Positions 1 to 13,344 of a stretch of DNA of 64,000 nt are shown here, in pieces. Origin of the DNA: Raja brachyura (Eukaryota). The stretch covers positions 62,001-126,000 of the forward strand of contig CAUPSL010000078.1 of the NCBI GenBank assembly GCA_963514005.1. The letters run 5' to 3'. Below the pieces are notes generated by a model. The model was not told where the DNA came from. It did no database searches and was given only the letters and a program-made list of their open reading frames with translations. A program made the translations under genes and the position numbers. Position 1 is the stretch's first letter. Each line of letters opens with the position of its first letter.

Positions 1-1700
1 AGTTTTAACAGAGCTGTAGTTGTGGAGTGATTAGGTCTGAACCCAGACTGGCATGGAGATAGAATGTTGAAAGTTGAGACATAATGTGACAGCTGGTTGA
101 ACACTAGTTTCTCGAGTATTTTAGCCACCGAGTTGATAATTGAGACGGGGCGGTAATTGTTAATATCTTGTGGGTCACCTCCCTTATGCAGTGGAGTAAC
201 ATTGGCACACTTCCATGCGGAAGGGAGGGTACAAGTTGAGAAGGACAAATTAAACAGGTCGCATAGTGGGTACATTAGAATATTAGCTGCTAATTTAATG
301 AATTTAGTCTCAATACCAACTGGTCCAGATCCACATTCATCCTTTAATTCATTAATAGCATGTTGAACGTCAACAGGTTCTATTTTTGAAAAGAAAAAAA
401 GCTTCTACGTGTAGAGGTGGCTGGAAAGTCACATATAATAAAGGAGTCAAATACAGTAGAGCTACATACAGTGGAGAAGTGATGGTTGAAAGCATTGGAT
501 GTAACAGCAGGGTCCTAAATTATATCATTATTGACCCGAATCTGAGTGCTGATATTTTGATTTGATTTATTAAGAACATTATTTAGTCTTTTCCAGAACT
601 TTTTTGGATTATGCATGTCTTCAGAAAGATGTTTTTAAAATGACTTGATTTAGCATTACGTGTTCTTGTCGTACACTGATTCCTTAAGGACCTATATTTT
701 TCCCAATCAGCAGGGTCCTTTGTTTCCCTGAAAGTCTTCCAGACTTTATCCCGCTCATTAAAAAGGTTGATCAAATCAGCGTAATCCATGGTAAATGTTA
801 TCCCTTGACTTTTATTTCTCTCCAGGGGACATGCTTATCGATAACTCTTGTGACTTCAGTGTATAAATAGTTCCAGGCATCCTCAACAGTTGGTATAAGT
901 TGAAACTTGTTCCAGTTTATTGCAATCAGGTCATGCATATAATTATCATAATTCAATTTTCTAAATTGTCGGACACGAATAAGTTTAGGAGGAAGATGGG
1001 AAGGTTTAATCTTCCACACACAGAAGATAGCAGAATGATCGCTAAAGCCATCTGACAAAACGCCAGATGTTAAGATTCGGTCAGGATTGGTAACAATAAT
1101 CCAATCTAATAGTGATGTAGAATTGCCATGAACTCTGTAAGGTTCGTTCATTAACTGGGTCAGGTTTATACTTTAAAGCAAGTTTTTGTCGTTAGGAGAG
1201 GAGCGATCGAGCCAGTTTTTATTGAAGTCACCAAGAAGCACTAATTCACATGGGTGTTCAATAGAGATGAGAGTGGAAATTAGGGACTTTGTTGAGTTAG
1301 GATGAACAGGGGGGGGGAATCGATAGATAGTGCCGATGATTAGATGTTTATTCTCATGAAGCTTTAACCTAATGAAAAGGCTTTCAAAGAGAGATGAGGT
1401 TACTTTAGGAATGGCAGATTCAGATATAAAGCGAGTTCACACATAACAAGCCACACCTCCAGCTCTCGTAGGCCTATCTGCTCTATATAATGCAAAATTA
1501 TCAATATGAATATCATTGTCACAAATTTCACTATGTAACCATGTTTCTGAAAATGTTATTATGTCAGGTTTATTCTGTGCAATCCAAACTCTAATTAAAT
1601 CAATCTTTGGAAGAAGGCTCCTAATGTTCAAATGGATGATTTTTAGGCCTTTAGCTGTATCAATTGTGGATCAATTGGGTGTAGATAATGTTGGGGTCAG
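1..1700 (-). mobile_element. Degenerate CR1/L2-group non-LTR retrotransposon ORF2 (APE endonuclease plus start of RT), continuing beyond the window start
   Basis: Minus-strand frames give HLNIRSLLPK..ITFSETWL..RADRPTRAGGVACYV and LDWIIVTNP..GFSDHSAIFC (APE motifs). Near the window start they give LFNLSFSTCTLPSAWKCANVTPLHKGGD..NYRPVSIINSVAKILEK..QSGFRPNHSTTTAL (RT domains 0-2). Broken by stops and frameshifts. Confidence 0.85.
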
Positions 1701-2359
1701 GGGAATAGCATAAGGAAGGGGACAAGAGAGCCACATGCACAGATTTACACAAACACACACACATAGAAGACAGGACAGACAAAGCACACAAGATCAGGCT
1801 GCGTCATTGAGAGAGAGAGAGAGAAAAAGAAAAAAAGCGAGCATACACACAGTCTGCATAGCTCATATTTATGCAAATAGATCAAAGTATGATATCCTGG
1901 ACCATTTATGTTTAAATTAAATTAAATTAATTGGGCATTATGAAGCCCAAAATAGCAAAATTCTATCGCATATGGTTAATAAAAATAAAAATAAAAAGAG
2001 AGAAAATCTAGATTAAACTTCATTTGCCTTCAATTGTCAATTTATCAAATTTCAATATTCAAATAATTGGTAATTGAATATAACCAATTGTTTATAGGGA
2101 CCAATCCTTTAAAATTCAAACAACCCTTTACTTTTCGTATAGGAAAGGAAAAAGAAAACTCAACTCTTAATGTTTCGACGTTTTACGTCCATTGTGACGC
2201 TTTTTACAGCAGATAGTAGTAAAGCAGGCATCATTGTATCGAAGTCAAAAGTTGAATAAGAAAATTATAGAAAAAATACAACAGAAACAGCGAAACACAG
2301 TGTTCATCGGCAGACAACATTATTGTGCTCAGGCTATCACCAGCCACTGGCCACCAACA

Positions 2360-3169
2360 TTAGGATGTTATATCACAGTCCATGTAGGAGCTAGTGGAGG
2401 AGAGCTGACCGAGAAATGTCTCAACTTTATCAGGAGTGCAAAAGAACTGTGTCTTGCCAGCGTGGACAACTCGCAGTGTGCAGGGAAAGATCAATGCATA
2501 TTTGGTGTCACGGTGGCATAGCTTCTTGTTAGCCGCATCATACTCCCGACGTCTCTGGACAAGACCAGCGCTGAAGTCCGGGTAGATATGAATCCGAGCT
2601 CCGTTGTACTCAAGGGGCACATTTTTCTCCCGGGAGAGCTTCACTATCCTCGGCTTATCCTGGAAATAATGGAACTTCACCAGGATCGGCCTCGGACCCT
2701 TGGCTCTGGAGTTATCCTTGCGACCGGTGCCGTGACAGCACTCAATCACAAGAGGAGTGGGGAAATTCGCTTCACCGAGGAGCTGCGGTATCAGACAGCC
2801 CACGAATCCGGTGATATCTTTGGACTCGACCCTCTCGGGTATACCGGCGAAACGTAGGTTGGAACGTCTGTTTCTGTTCTCAGCATCATCTGCCCAAATT
2901 TTCAGATCAGCGTTTTCTTTTTCAAGTGATTTTACACGTCCAGCCTTGTCTATTATATTATCCTCGTTGAAGCTAACTCTTTGCTCAAGCTCCATTACTT
3001 GCTCTACAAGCGTTCGAAGTGAGCCTTCGATGTTAGTCAGACTTGCTCCAATTCGAGAAATTTTGTTGTCCATGTGTAATATCATGTTGAGCTGCATTTG
3101 CTGCATGTTATTCAAGACACTTTGGAGGGCAATTGGCTCGCCCATTGTAAGACCAGTAGTCTTTTCCAC
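2360..3169 (-). mobile_element. L1-type ORF1p (Transposase_22-like coiled coil/RRM/CTD), 269 aa open frame
   Basis: Coiled coil followed by the L1 ORF1 motifs ENRNRRSNLRFAGIPE, GPRPILVKFH, IHIYPDFS and YALIFPCTLRV. Confidence 0.85.
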
Positions 3170-3899
3170 TCAATAAAATTGTAGCAGGTAGAAGGTAGTC
3201 CAGTAATTAGTTGTTTTTAATGCTAAAGTGCTAAAGTTGTTTTACCTTGCTTTTTAAATTCACCAAAAGTTCTTCATTGACACCAGGAGAGTTAGAGTAG
3301 AAAAGGTATCTCAGAACACCATCAGTAGACAATAGTTGAGCCAGCAGACTAGAACTTGTTACAAACACAGAGATACAGAGATATCACAGAGATAAAAAGG
3401 CTCATGTCCTGGTAAAACTCATAGCTGTGTATCTCCGAAAATAAATTAAGCTAATTCAATCAAAGAGGCACAAGGTCATACAGCGTGGAAAAAGGCCCAT
3501 CGGCCCAACTAGCCCGCTCCAACCAACATGCCCCATCATATACCAGTAACCTTATCTTATTCAGTACCTCTTTCATTATTTCTTAAAGATTGATCAGTAT
3601 GCATATATTGTGTCAATTTGTGTACAGTTATTATTTCGAAAATAAGTAAAAGTTAGATTTGTATCTTTGCTCGACTCAATAATTTCACTTTATGGAGGAA
3701 AGAAAATGTGAGATTAAAGACTTAACGGTTACTATGACTACATGAGAAGTGCGAAACAGGGTTATTTGTCCCTCTGAGGAATGGAATAAAAATAGATGTT
3801 TCGATAACGTGTTCAAGCAGGCGTGCTGAAGGTATAATTCTGAACACCTGCCGCAGCAAATTAATGAAATGGCTCTGACCTAATTTACAAGTGCTCAAA

Positions 3900-3907
3900 T
3901 ATATAAA
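3900..3907 (+). promoter_or_regulatory. Candidate TATA box of the GPR139-like gene
   Basis: TATATAAA 62 nt upstream of the ATG at 3970, in non-repetitive sequence. Position only. Confidence 0.35.
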
Positions 3908-3969
3908 TTGTGTTCATTGCAAAGATCCCATCATATGTCTTCATATCGTAAAGTTCAACAGTAAACGAA

Positions 3970-4039
3970 ATGGAGCTACCTATAATTCCACACTTTGAGG
4001 ACATTTACTATCCCATTCTCGCACTGATTGGCATTCCAG
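3970..4039 (+). CDS. GPR139-like GPCR, coding exon 1 (MELPIIPHFEDIYYPILALIGIP-G)
   Basis: ATG at 3970 with an in-frame-region stop just upstream. YYPILALIGIP is the typical TM1 start of GPR139/142-like receptors. Donor CAG|GTAAGT at 4039/4040, phase 1, matches exon 2. Confidence 0.88.
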
Positions 4040-4599
4040 GTAAGTTAGAAACTGATATTCGTTGACTTCGTGCTTTTACCAAAGAAAATGCAAACGGAAA
4101 CAAGGAACTTACCGTCTAGGAACTAACAAACTCGCGTAGTTTGCAATGCGAGTGAAACAATCAGAGAGATTGAAACCCTGGAATGATGGATTTGAAATGC
4201 AGGAAGGAACTGCAGTTGTTTAAACCGAAGATACACACAAAAAGCTGGTGTTATTCCGCGGGTTAGATGTTGCTGACTCGCTGAGTTACTCCAGCTTGTG
4301 TCTATGATAGCTTTGAAGTTTCATTGTAAAATACGTTTCAAGTATGCACGAAGAAGAAATGTGATTACCTCTATGAGCATGTTTTATAAGATGTTGCGAT
4401 GCTCTTCTCATCAAATCGCTCCAGCACTGGAACGATGATATGTAGGCAAAACGGATATACACATATTGGCGATCGGTATTTATTAAGGAAAATAAGGATA
4501 AAGCAGAAAACTAGAATACAATTCAGACATGATAATTGAAAACGTATCAGCTACAAGTGACCACATGGTGAACGCTGTTCTTATTCATTAAGTCATAAG

Positions 4600-6055
4600 G
4601 TTATTGATGATTGGCGTAGAAGTACTCCAGTCGGCCTATCAATCCTCTCCGCCATTCAATTATGGCTGATCTATCTATCCCTCGTACCCCATTCGCCAAC
4701 CTTCTCCCCATAACCTCTGCCACATGTACTAATCAAATATCTATCTATCTCTGCCTTAAAAATATCCACTGACTTGGCCTCGTCATCCTTCTGTGGCACA
4801 GATTCCACATATTTACCACCCTCTGACAAAATACATTTCTTATCATCTTCCTAAAAGAACGTCCTTTAATTCTGAGGCTATAACCTCTAGTTCCAGAGTA
4901 TCCCACTCGTGGAAACATCCACTCTACATCCACTATATCCAAGCATTTCTCAATTATGTGTGTTCCAATGAAGTCCCCTTCATTCTTCTAAACTCCAGCG
5001 AGTTCAGGCCCAGTGCCGACAAACGCTCCTCGTTGGTTAACCTGCTCATTCCTAGGATCATTCTTATAAACCTCCTCTGGACCCACTCCTGAGCCAGCAC
5101 ATCCTTTCTCAAATATGGTGCCCAAAACTTCTCACAATATTACAATTGGGACCTTATCAGTGCCTTATAGAGCCTCAGCACGACACCCCTGTTTGTGTGT
5201 ACAAGTCCTCTTGAAATAAATCCTAGCACTGAACATGCTTTCTTTACTACCGATTCGACTTGCAGATTAACCTTTTGGGAATCCTGCACCAACACTCCCG
5301 TGTCCCTGTGCACTTGTGATTTCTGGATTATCTCCCCTTTCAGACAATAGTCTATGTTTTTATTCCTACTACCGAAAAGCATGAAGCGACACTTTGCCAC
5401 ATTATATGTCATCTGCTACTTCTCTGCACACTCCCCCAACCTGGCCAAGTATTTATGTAGAGTCCCTGTTTTCTCAACACTACCTGCCCTTCCATTTATT
5501 TTCGTATCATCCGCAAACTTGGCCACAAAGCCTTCAATCCACTCATCCAAATCATTAATATACAACATGAGGAGTAGTGGACCTAGCATCGACCGCTGCG
5601 GAAATCCGCTAGTCACTGGTAGCAAACCAGAAAATGCCCCCCTTTATTGCCACTCTTTGTCCTCTGTCATCCAGCCAATACATGCTAGTATTTGTCCGCT
5701 GATACGGTGAGCTCTCATCTTCCTGAGCAACATCACGTGTGGCTCCTCATCAAAGGCTTTCTGAAAATGTAAGTTAACACCATCTACTGACTCTCCTTTG
5801 CCGTCCTGCTACTTACATCTTCAAATAATTCCAGCAAATTTGTGAAGCAAGACCTCCTCTTCACAAAGCCATGCTGACTTCGGCCTATTTCATCGTGTAC
5901 TTGGCCATAAAGTATGTCGCAACCTCATCATTTATAATGGATTCTAAAATCTAACCAAGCACAGAAGTCAGACTAACCAGCCTTTTGTTCCCACTGTTTG
6001 TGCTTTGATCCCTTCACGTGCAGCTGGGTAATATTGGACATTTTCCAATCATTGG
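4600..6055 (-). mobile_element. CR1-type LINE 3' fragment (RT C-terminus plus 3' UTR) in the GPCR intron
   Basis: VTSGFPQRSMLGPLLLMLYINDLD..KFADDTK, RLYKALIRSQL, TRGYSLRIKG..QRVVNMWN. Disrupted. Ends approximate. Confidence 0.85.
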
Positions 6056-6892
6056 AAATTTCCAATTATTGAAATCTCCCATGACCACCATAGCATTGCC
6101 CTTTTGCTTGTTTCTATATTGAATCCATGCAGAACACGAAATCTTTTCGACAAATGGTTAATTCCTCGGTTTATTACGTTTGCTAATGAGACCATTGCGC
6201 GATCTCAAATGCTTGCTGATTCTTTTGAGCATTTTTCATGTCGGAGAATAATTTGAAGGCACAGAACATGGAACAGTCCAGCACATGAACTAACAATGTC
6301 GGTGCTGAACATGATGCGAAGATAAAGTAATCTAATTTGCCTGCACATTACCCATTCCCTGCATACCCACGTGCCTATCTAAAACCGTCTTCAACGTCAT
6401 TATTGCATCCGCCCACCGCCACAGGTGGCAGCGCATTCCAGGCATCATCGGCCTCACTGTCAAACGTTTCCCCTTTCGTTTTAAAGTTTAGCCCTTTCGC
6501 CTTTCCCTTCAACTGGGGAACGGAAAACTTTTCGACTGCCTACCATATCTATACATCTCAATATGTTATATACTTGTATCAGACCTCCGCTCTACCTATG
6601 TCCATGCACAGAAAACAATCCAAGTCTGTGCTAACAATACTTACAGCGAATACCGTCTAACCCAATCACAATGCTGACAGATAATGTAGCATTTACACAA
6701 ACAAAACCCTCAAATTAACGATAATGGAAATGCAAAGCATGAATTTCACATCCCTTCTAAGGTCATTAACCCAATGTAATATCTATCCATGTTTTCTTAT
6801 TACTTGCATTGAAATCAAGAGAGGAAAAAATCGTCAGCTGTAGAAAATATGCCACATGTCCAAATTCCACTAAATGCACTCCACATGAGCCA

Positions 6893-7094
6893 NNNNNNNN
6901 NNNNNNNNNNNNNNNNNNNNNNNNNNNNNNNNNNNNNNNNNNNNNNNNNNNNNNNNNNNNNNNNNNNNNNNNNNNNNNNNNNNNNNNNNNNNNNNNNNNN
7001 NNNNNNNNNNNNNNNNNNNNNNNNNNNNNNNNNNNNNNNNNNNNNNNNNNNNNNNNNNNNNNNNNNNNNNNNNNNNNNNNNNNNNNNNNNNNNN
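6893..7094. other. Assembly gap (202 N) inside the GPCR intron, followed by a (TA)n(TG)n microsatellite
   Basis: Run of N. Dinucleotide repeats at about 7104-7144. Confidence 0.99.
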
Positions 7095-7103
7095 CTGTTT
7101 GTC

Positions 7104-7146
<43 letters not shown>

Positions 7147-7658
7147 GAAGGATTCGCAGGTGCTGGCTTAAAACGAAGAAAGACACAAAAGGCTGGAGTA
7201 ATTCAGCGAGGCAGGTATCATGGAGAGAAGGAATGGGTGACGTTTCGGGTCCAGACCTTCTTCGGACGGTATATGGGTGGATATGTGTATGTACACACAC
7301 ACTAACCTTTGTCTCTCTCGTTAATTATATTGTTTAGAATGTACTATGTTTACATATTCAGTTCTGCTGCTGCAAGTAACAATTTCATTGCTCTAACAGG
7401 GACATACGACAATAAAACACTCTTGAATCTTGAATCTTGACTCCATGGGCAACGTTACCGGTCGGGCCGCTTCTTAAGTCTGAAGAAGGCTCCTGACCGG
7501 TAATGTCGCAAATCCATTCCTTCCACAGATGCCGCCTGATCCGCCGAGTTACTCCAACGCGTTGTGTTTTATTTATGAAATATTTGGAGTTAATCTTCAC
7601 GTAACATTTTGTCCAAAGCGGTTTTTCTCTGTGACTGCGCATATTTCTATTCTTGCAG

Positions 7659-8593
7659 GTAATCTTATGGCCATTGTGATTCTATCTCGTGGGAACTGTG
7701 GTCTTTCCAAATGCATCACACGTTACATGGTCACCATGGCTGTTGCAGACCTACTGGTGATAATATTTGATGTAGTATTATACGAGATTAATGACATGTA
7801 TTTTCCGCTTTCCTTCTTGCATTATACTCCCGTCTGCAGCCTCATAATTGCCCTGGTGTTCGCAGCCATTGATTGTTCGGTCTGGCTAACCGTTGCCTTC
7901 ACATTTGATCGATACATCGCCATTTGTTGTCAGAAGCTGAGAGCAAAATACTGCGCCGAAAGAACTGCCGCTATTGTAATAGTGATTGTGTTTGGATTAA
8001 GCTTTGTGCAGAATATCCCTATTTATTTTGAAAACGAGCATCTGCTGATTATTGACAACGTGCCATGGTTCTGCAAAGTGAAGTCAAGTCTCTCCAGTTT
8101 ACCAATATGGGTTGCATACTTCTTCTTCGACATTACCTTAACACCGTTTGTACCTTTCCTTTTGATTGTGCTGCTTAATGCCCTGACCACCAGACATATT
8201 TTACAGGCCAGTCGGATAAGGAGGGAACTCCGGGGGGACGGGAAAAGCGAGGATTGCACTGATCCGGAGATTGTAAACCGCAGAAAATCGATCATTTTAC
8301 TGCTCTCCATCTCAAGCTGTTTCATACTGCTATGGATGGTAACATTTGTACATTACATATGCACACAATTTGCAGGCGTTGAGTTCATGCTCACGGATTA
8401 CAACGATCCTTTCGCCATTATGGAGCACACTGGGTATATGCTGCAGCGCCTGAGTTCGTGCACAAACACATTTATTTATGCGGTGGCTCAGGCAAAGTTC
8501 AGAGAATCATTGACGAATACGCTGAAATATCCGTTTACTTTCTTGAATAAATTAGTTCCAACCTTGGACCAGAGATCACGTAGCGTGTTTTAA
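7659..8593 (+). CDS. GPR139-like rhodopsin-family 7TM receptor, coding exon 2 (spliced protein 334 aa)
   Basis: Acceptor ttctattcttgcag|GT. Protein has GNLMAIVILSRGNCGLSKC, MAVADLL (TM2), FTFDRYIAIC (DRY), NRRKSIILL and SSCTNTFIY (NPxxY variant). TAA at 8591-8593. The ORF-track N-terminus (7529-7658) is intronic repeat sequence. Confidence 0.92.
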
Positions 8594-8630
8594 TAATCCA
8601 TTATCTAAATCAATTTACCTGTTGTCGCAT

Positions 8631-8636
8631 AATAAA
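8631..8636 (+). terminator. Candidate polyadenylation signal of the GPCR gene
   Basis: AATAAA 37 nt after the stop codon. Confidence 0.4.
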
Positions 8637-10342
8637 AAATGTTTGACAAGAGCATAGATGGCATGCCGTTTGTGTTTCGAACATGAGCAACTCCACAAAA
8701 GCATATCTGAAGTATTTATCAACTAACCTGAAGAAGCCAAGGCACGTAAAACAACCAGTCTTCATATGTTCATAAAATGACAAATTGCAAAAACACAATT
8801 AGGCCATTCTGCCCATCATGACAACTCTTCCATTCAATTATGGCAGATCTGTCGATCATTCTTTATCCCATTCTCCTGCCTTCTCCCCTTAACCACTGAC
8901 ACCCGTACTAATCACGTATCTATCCATCTCCACCTGAAAAAACAGCCATCAAATTGGTCTCCACAGCCTTCTGTGGCAACTAATTCTACATGCCACTAAT
9001 TTTAGACTTTCCCAATAGTGGAAACATTCCCTCGACATACATTCTATCCAGGCCATTCTATCCAGGCCTTTCATTGTTCAATATGTCTTGCCCATGGAGG
9101 CACGAGTTTGCAGAAGCTTGAATCTTGAGCAAAAAAACACATTTCTGAAGGAAGCCAAACAACGCGAAACTTCATCTGTCCCTCCCCACCACATATGCTG
9201 CCTGATCCACAGAGTTCTTCCGATAGATATATTTTTGTTTATAACTTGTAAATGCTATTCATCATGTTCAATGCGACGTCTCCATGGAACAGCTTTAAAT
9301 ATTGTCAATTTATTTGTGATATCACAAAATCGAAATATTATCATCCTGACGTAGCACAGAAAATGCCTAAAATGCACGAAACTTCTCACCACACAGCTCC
9401 CTCTCTCAGTCCCATTATGAATTCATGCATCGCATTCCTATATCAACTTCATGCAACCGCGAGGAAAATCATCTTTGATAGAGACCTTTTATTCTCCATT
9501 GCAAATCGCCGAGCCCGTCTACTTTCGGCAATGTACACTTGCCCATTTATCAGAACGCTGTAACACTATATTCTGCACGCTGGTATATGTTTTATCTTTA
9601 CACTACTTACGTATGGCTTAATTGTGTGCATGCATAGTATGATGTGGCTGAATACCACGCAAAGGGTTTTTCACTGTATCTGGTTACCCGCGTCATTAAT
9701 AAACCATACGTTGTATCTATCGATTGCAGCACCTAGTGCTTATTTTAAACAGGTAGCAAGGTTTTATTAAATGTTCCTTTTTGCCTTCGACTACGTGGTG
9801 AAGAGCCATCCTTTCTTACACCGCTGAAGACCTCCATGCTCTAGTACAATATTCTGTCGCGTGGAGCGTTTCGGCATTTGCAATACTGAGGATCAGCGAC
9901 ATATTTCCAAATCAGATTGACGGTCAATTTGGATCATGATCTGCAGGTGCTATTTTAACACGGTAGATTTCTAAGGGAGAATAGCACTAATTGCTCGCTT
10001 GATTCCACCGTCCAGAGGGAAATGATTATAATCTTCCATTCAGTGGCCAAAAGTAACACCTGTCCAAATGAGTCTTTTCTTCCCTGGACATCAGCACTTG
10101 CAGCTTCCAAGTTCGCGTGAGTTCCACTGTCTGGCCTAAAGGATGGCGATTCAATTATTATTTCAACAGAGGCTGATGGCGGGGGAGTTAGCTTGGCAAT
10201 GTTATTGAATGGTAAGGCAGTTTACATCTTGCCTAATACAACACCTGCAAACAACTTTGTGTCATTCACACATTTCCTAAACATGGAACTCATATCTATA
10301 CCCAAATCCTTGATTTAAATCAGAAAATACAAACAAGAATTA

Positions 10343-11100
10343 AGGGCAGCTTCGCAGCAGTTGAACGGATGCCTCGCAGCGTCAGAGACCCGGGTTTGAT
10401 CCCGACTACGGATGCTGTCTGAGTGAAGGTCGTACGTTCACACTGGCTGCGTGGGTTTTCATGTGTTGGTAGAGGAGATTATTTTAACTTGGCATCACGT
10501 TCGGAACAGAAGGTGTGGACGCAAGGGCCTGTTCCTATGCTGAACTGTTCTGCATGTCAGCGAGTCTATGTTCAGGGAGGGTGAGGTTGAGAGGGCTCTG
10601 ATTTCATTCCTCAGAGTGCAAAAGGATGGGATGATCTGAAAGAGGTTTGCAAAATTATGGGAGCAATCAATCAGGTAAATGCGCGGTGAGAGGGGGTGTG
10701 TGTGGAGATTTAATAGGAACAGTTTTACACAAAGAGTGGTGGGTATATGGAACGAGCTGCCAGAGGAGGAGGTTGAGGCAGGTACTATCATAACAATTAA
10801 CAGGCAATTAGACAGGTACATGCATAGGATAGGTTTAGAGGGTTATGAGCCAAGCGTGGGGAGTTGGGACTAATATATATGGGGCATGCTGTGCCGAAAA
10901 GCCTGTTTCAACGCAGTGTGACTCGATGACTCAGTCCCACTTTGGCACCTTACACATCTTACTTGGGGCAATTAACGTGTAAACCTGCACGAGTTTGGAA
11001 TGTGGGTGGAAACCAGCGCCCGGAGAAAACCCACGCAGCCAGTGTGAACGTACGACCTTCACTCAGACAGCATCCGTAGTCGGGATCAAACCCGGGTCTC
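10343..11100. repeat. tRNA-derived SINE split by an inversion, with 76-bp perfect inverted repeats (10385-10460 / 11025-11100) enclosing CR1 3' fragments
   Basis: The two arms are exact reverse complements. The SINE body continues on the minus strand from 11024 leftwards. Confidence 0.8.
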
Positions 11101-13344
11101 CTGCTCTTAGGAAGAATGTTCTGGTTATGGAGGAAGTGTTCTGAATGGTCATCAGATTTCAGGGATGGGAAGACTAATGTATGATGGACAATATGGGCGA
11201 TTAGTTTTACATCTGAGATTAGGACCATTCTAAAACAACTACAAAATTCTTAAGGGTCTGTACAGATTCAAGAGAGCCAAGAGTGTTTTATTGTCATTTG
11301 TCCCAGATAGTACAGTGACATTCTTACTCGCAGCAGCACATGGAATATGTAAACACAGTACACGGTAAACAAAATGAAAAAAGAGAAAAAAAAATCAGTG
11401 TGCGTATATATACACACACACACACACACACTCACCGGTACACACACATATATGTGTATATATGTACGTATACATATATTCAAGAGGGAAATCAGGTCAG
11501 TTCAGAACCCAGTAGTCAGAATCTGAAGCTCAGGCATAAAGTTGAGATGAAGAGCGATTACTTCTCCCACAGAATGGTGAACGTGTGGAATGTTATAACA
11601 CTGGAAGCAGTTGAACACAGATCATTACATTTATTCAAGCAGTTATATGTTATTCGTATGGTCAAAGGATCACAGATGATGAGGAGAAATAAAAGGATCA
11701 AGGTAATAAATGTGGGTCACAATTTATCACATGGAATAATAGTTGAGGCTTAAATGCCTGAATTCCTATTAATTTTATATGCTGCATTTCAACATTTTTG
11801 TATTTATCCTGGCCACATTTCCTCTGCATTGAAGAGCATGATAACTTAAAAGGAAAAGATACCCTGGTGCCTATGCCTTTTTTGCAGATAAGACAAATGC
11901 ATACATTGGTTTGGTGTTCACAAAGCAAGGACAAATCAGAAATAATTTTCTGAACACGCCATCCATTGCCGTTTCAATGTGTTTACTCAAGATGCAAAAA
12001 AAACAAAAAAACTACTGTGTTTATAAGCACTGCATTGAAAATGTACTAACCTATACTTTTGGATGAAATAAACAAAACATGGTCATCGAATCTCCCTGGG
12101 TAAGTCTTCCACCCCCTGCCCTCCACCCCTTTGAGAAGTGGCTGAAGGGTGATATTAAACTACATAAAGGTTTTAAATGAATCATATTGATGAAAACATT
12201 TCCACGATAAAATACAGCAGGGAATTCTACAGATAATTCTCCCTCTTCTCCCCTCCCACCCAATACTGGTGAGAATGAGGGTCCAGATCAATGAATTGCA
12301 TTTAGGGGAAGGCTGGGCAAACACAAAAGAGAAAGGAACAGTCGGTTCTACATTGGAGAATCCAGCATAGTCTAGCCAACTATTTTGCAGATCGCATAAG
12401 GTGGGAAGAGGCTCATGTGGACTATATGCAGCAGCATTGACAGGATAGGCAGAGTGGCCTGTTTCTACACACTTGTTTCCACTACAACCTTGTATTACTT
12501 TGCTGCCAATTCATGTTTCATAACTTTGTTCCCATTCTTTGTTTAAAAAATACAAAATCAACTTTGATGTCAGATAACTGTGATTGGTGCTGTTGCAAAT
12601 AAATGGAGGCATTACATTTTCTTAACAACAATTTATTTTTTTGCCTTGTATATTATATCTTTCGTATTATATCTTGCACATTCCTTATATCTTGCCTTTA
12701 CTTTGCAACATGAAGCCACTATAAAACAGGATGCAATCCAATGTGTTTACTTGGATTTCATGCCCATCTATTTCCAAAAATCATATGCTCAATGGTCTAT
12801 TCATCAAGCACATTCTACAGGCAACTTTTATTAGGTGAAATCACAAGAGCAGCACTTGTTCCAAATCAGCCACATAAAATGAACTTGATTACTGTGCCAC
12901 CAATCACTGTGGGCAATTTTATATTCATATAGATGATAAATTCTTTGCATTAGATTAGAAATGTACAAAGTACAAACAATCAAGACGTTTTGACATAATC
13001 AAATAACCAAGCATTATGTAACAACATTTATTGGTGCTGAGTCTCAGACTAAATGCAATGTTAAAACAAAATATATTCTATCCAATAATGACTGTAGCTA
13101 ATAGAATCTCCAACTAAAAACAGAAGACTGAAAACATTCAATGGCTCAAGCAAAATTATTGGGACAAATTGTTGATATCACAAATAGGGTCAAGAACCTG
13201 CACCCGGCATGTGAGGGAAGAGGATGGCAAGGAGGGATAGGACAGAGGCAGGTGCATAAAATGTAGAACCAGGTGGGGAGAGGATAATGGGTAAATGGAA
13301 ACAGGTAGGAGAGGAGGAAGAAGACGTGAACCACAGGAGAATAA

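Noticed and set aside
2588-3176. Plus-strand ORFs of 89 and 139 aa
   Set aside because: Antisense shadows of the L1 ORF1.
6809-7337. ORFs of 120 and 162 aa
   Set aside because: Artefacts of the N gap and a dinucleotide repeat.
7529-7658. N-terminal 43 aa of the 354-aa GPCR ORF
   Set aside because: Starts inside a Penelope-terminal repeat and runs through the polypyrimidine tract. The real N-terminus is exon 1 at 3970-4039.
11750-13140. Apparently repeat-poor stretch with AATAAA motifs on the minus strand
   Set aside because: Could be 3' UTR or regulatory DNA, but no convincing exon or ORF could be tied to either gene.
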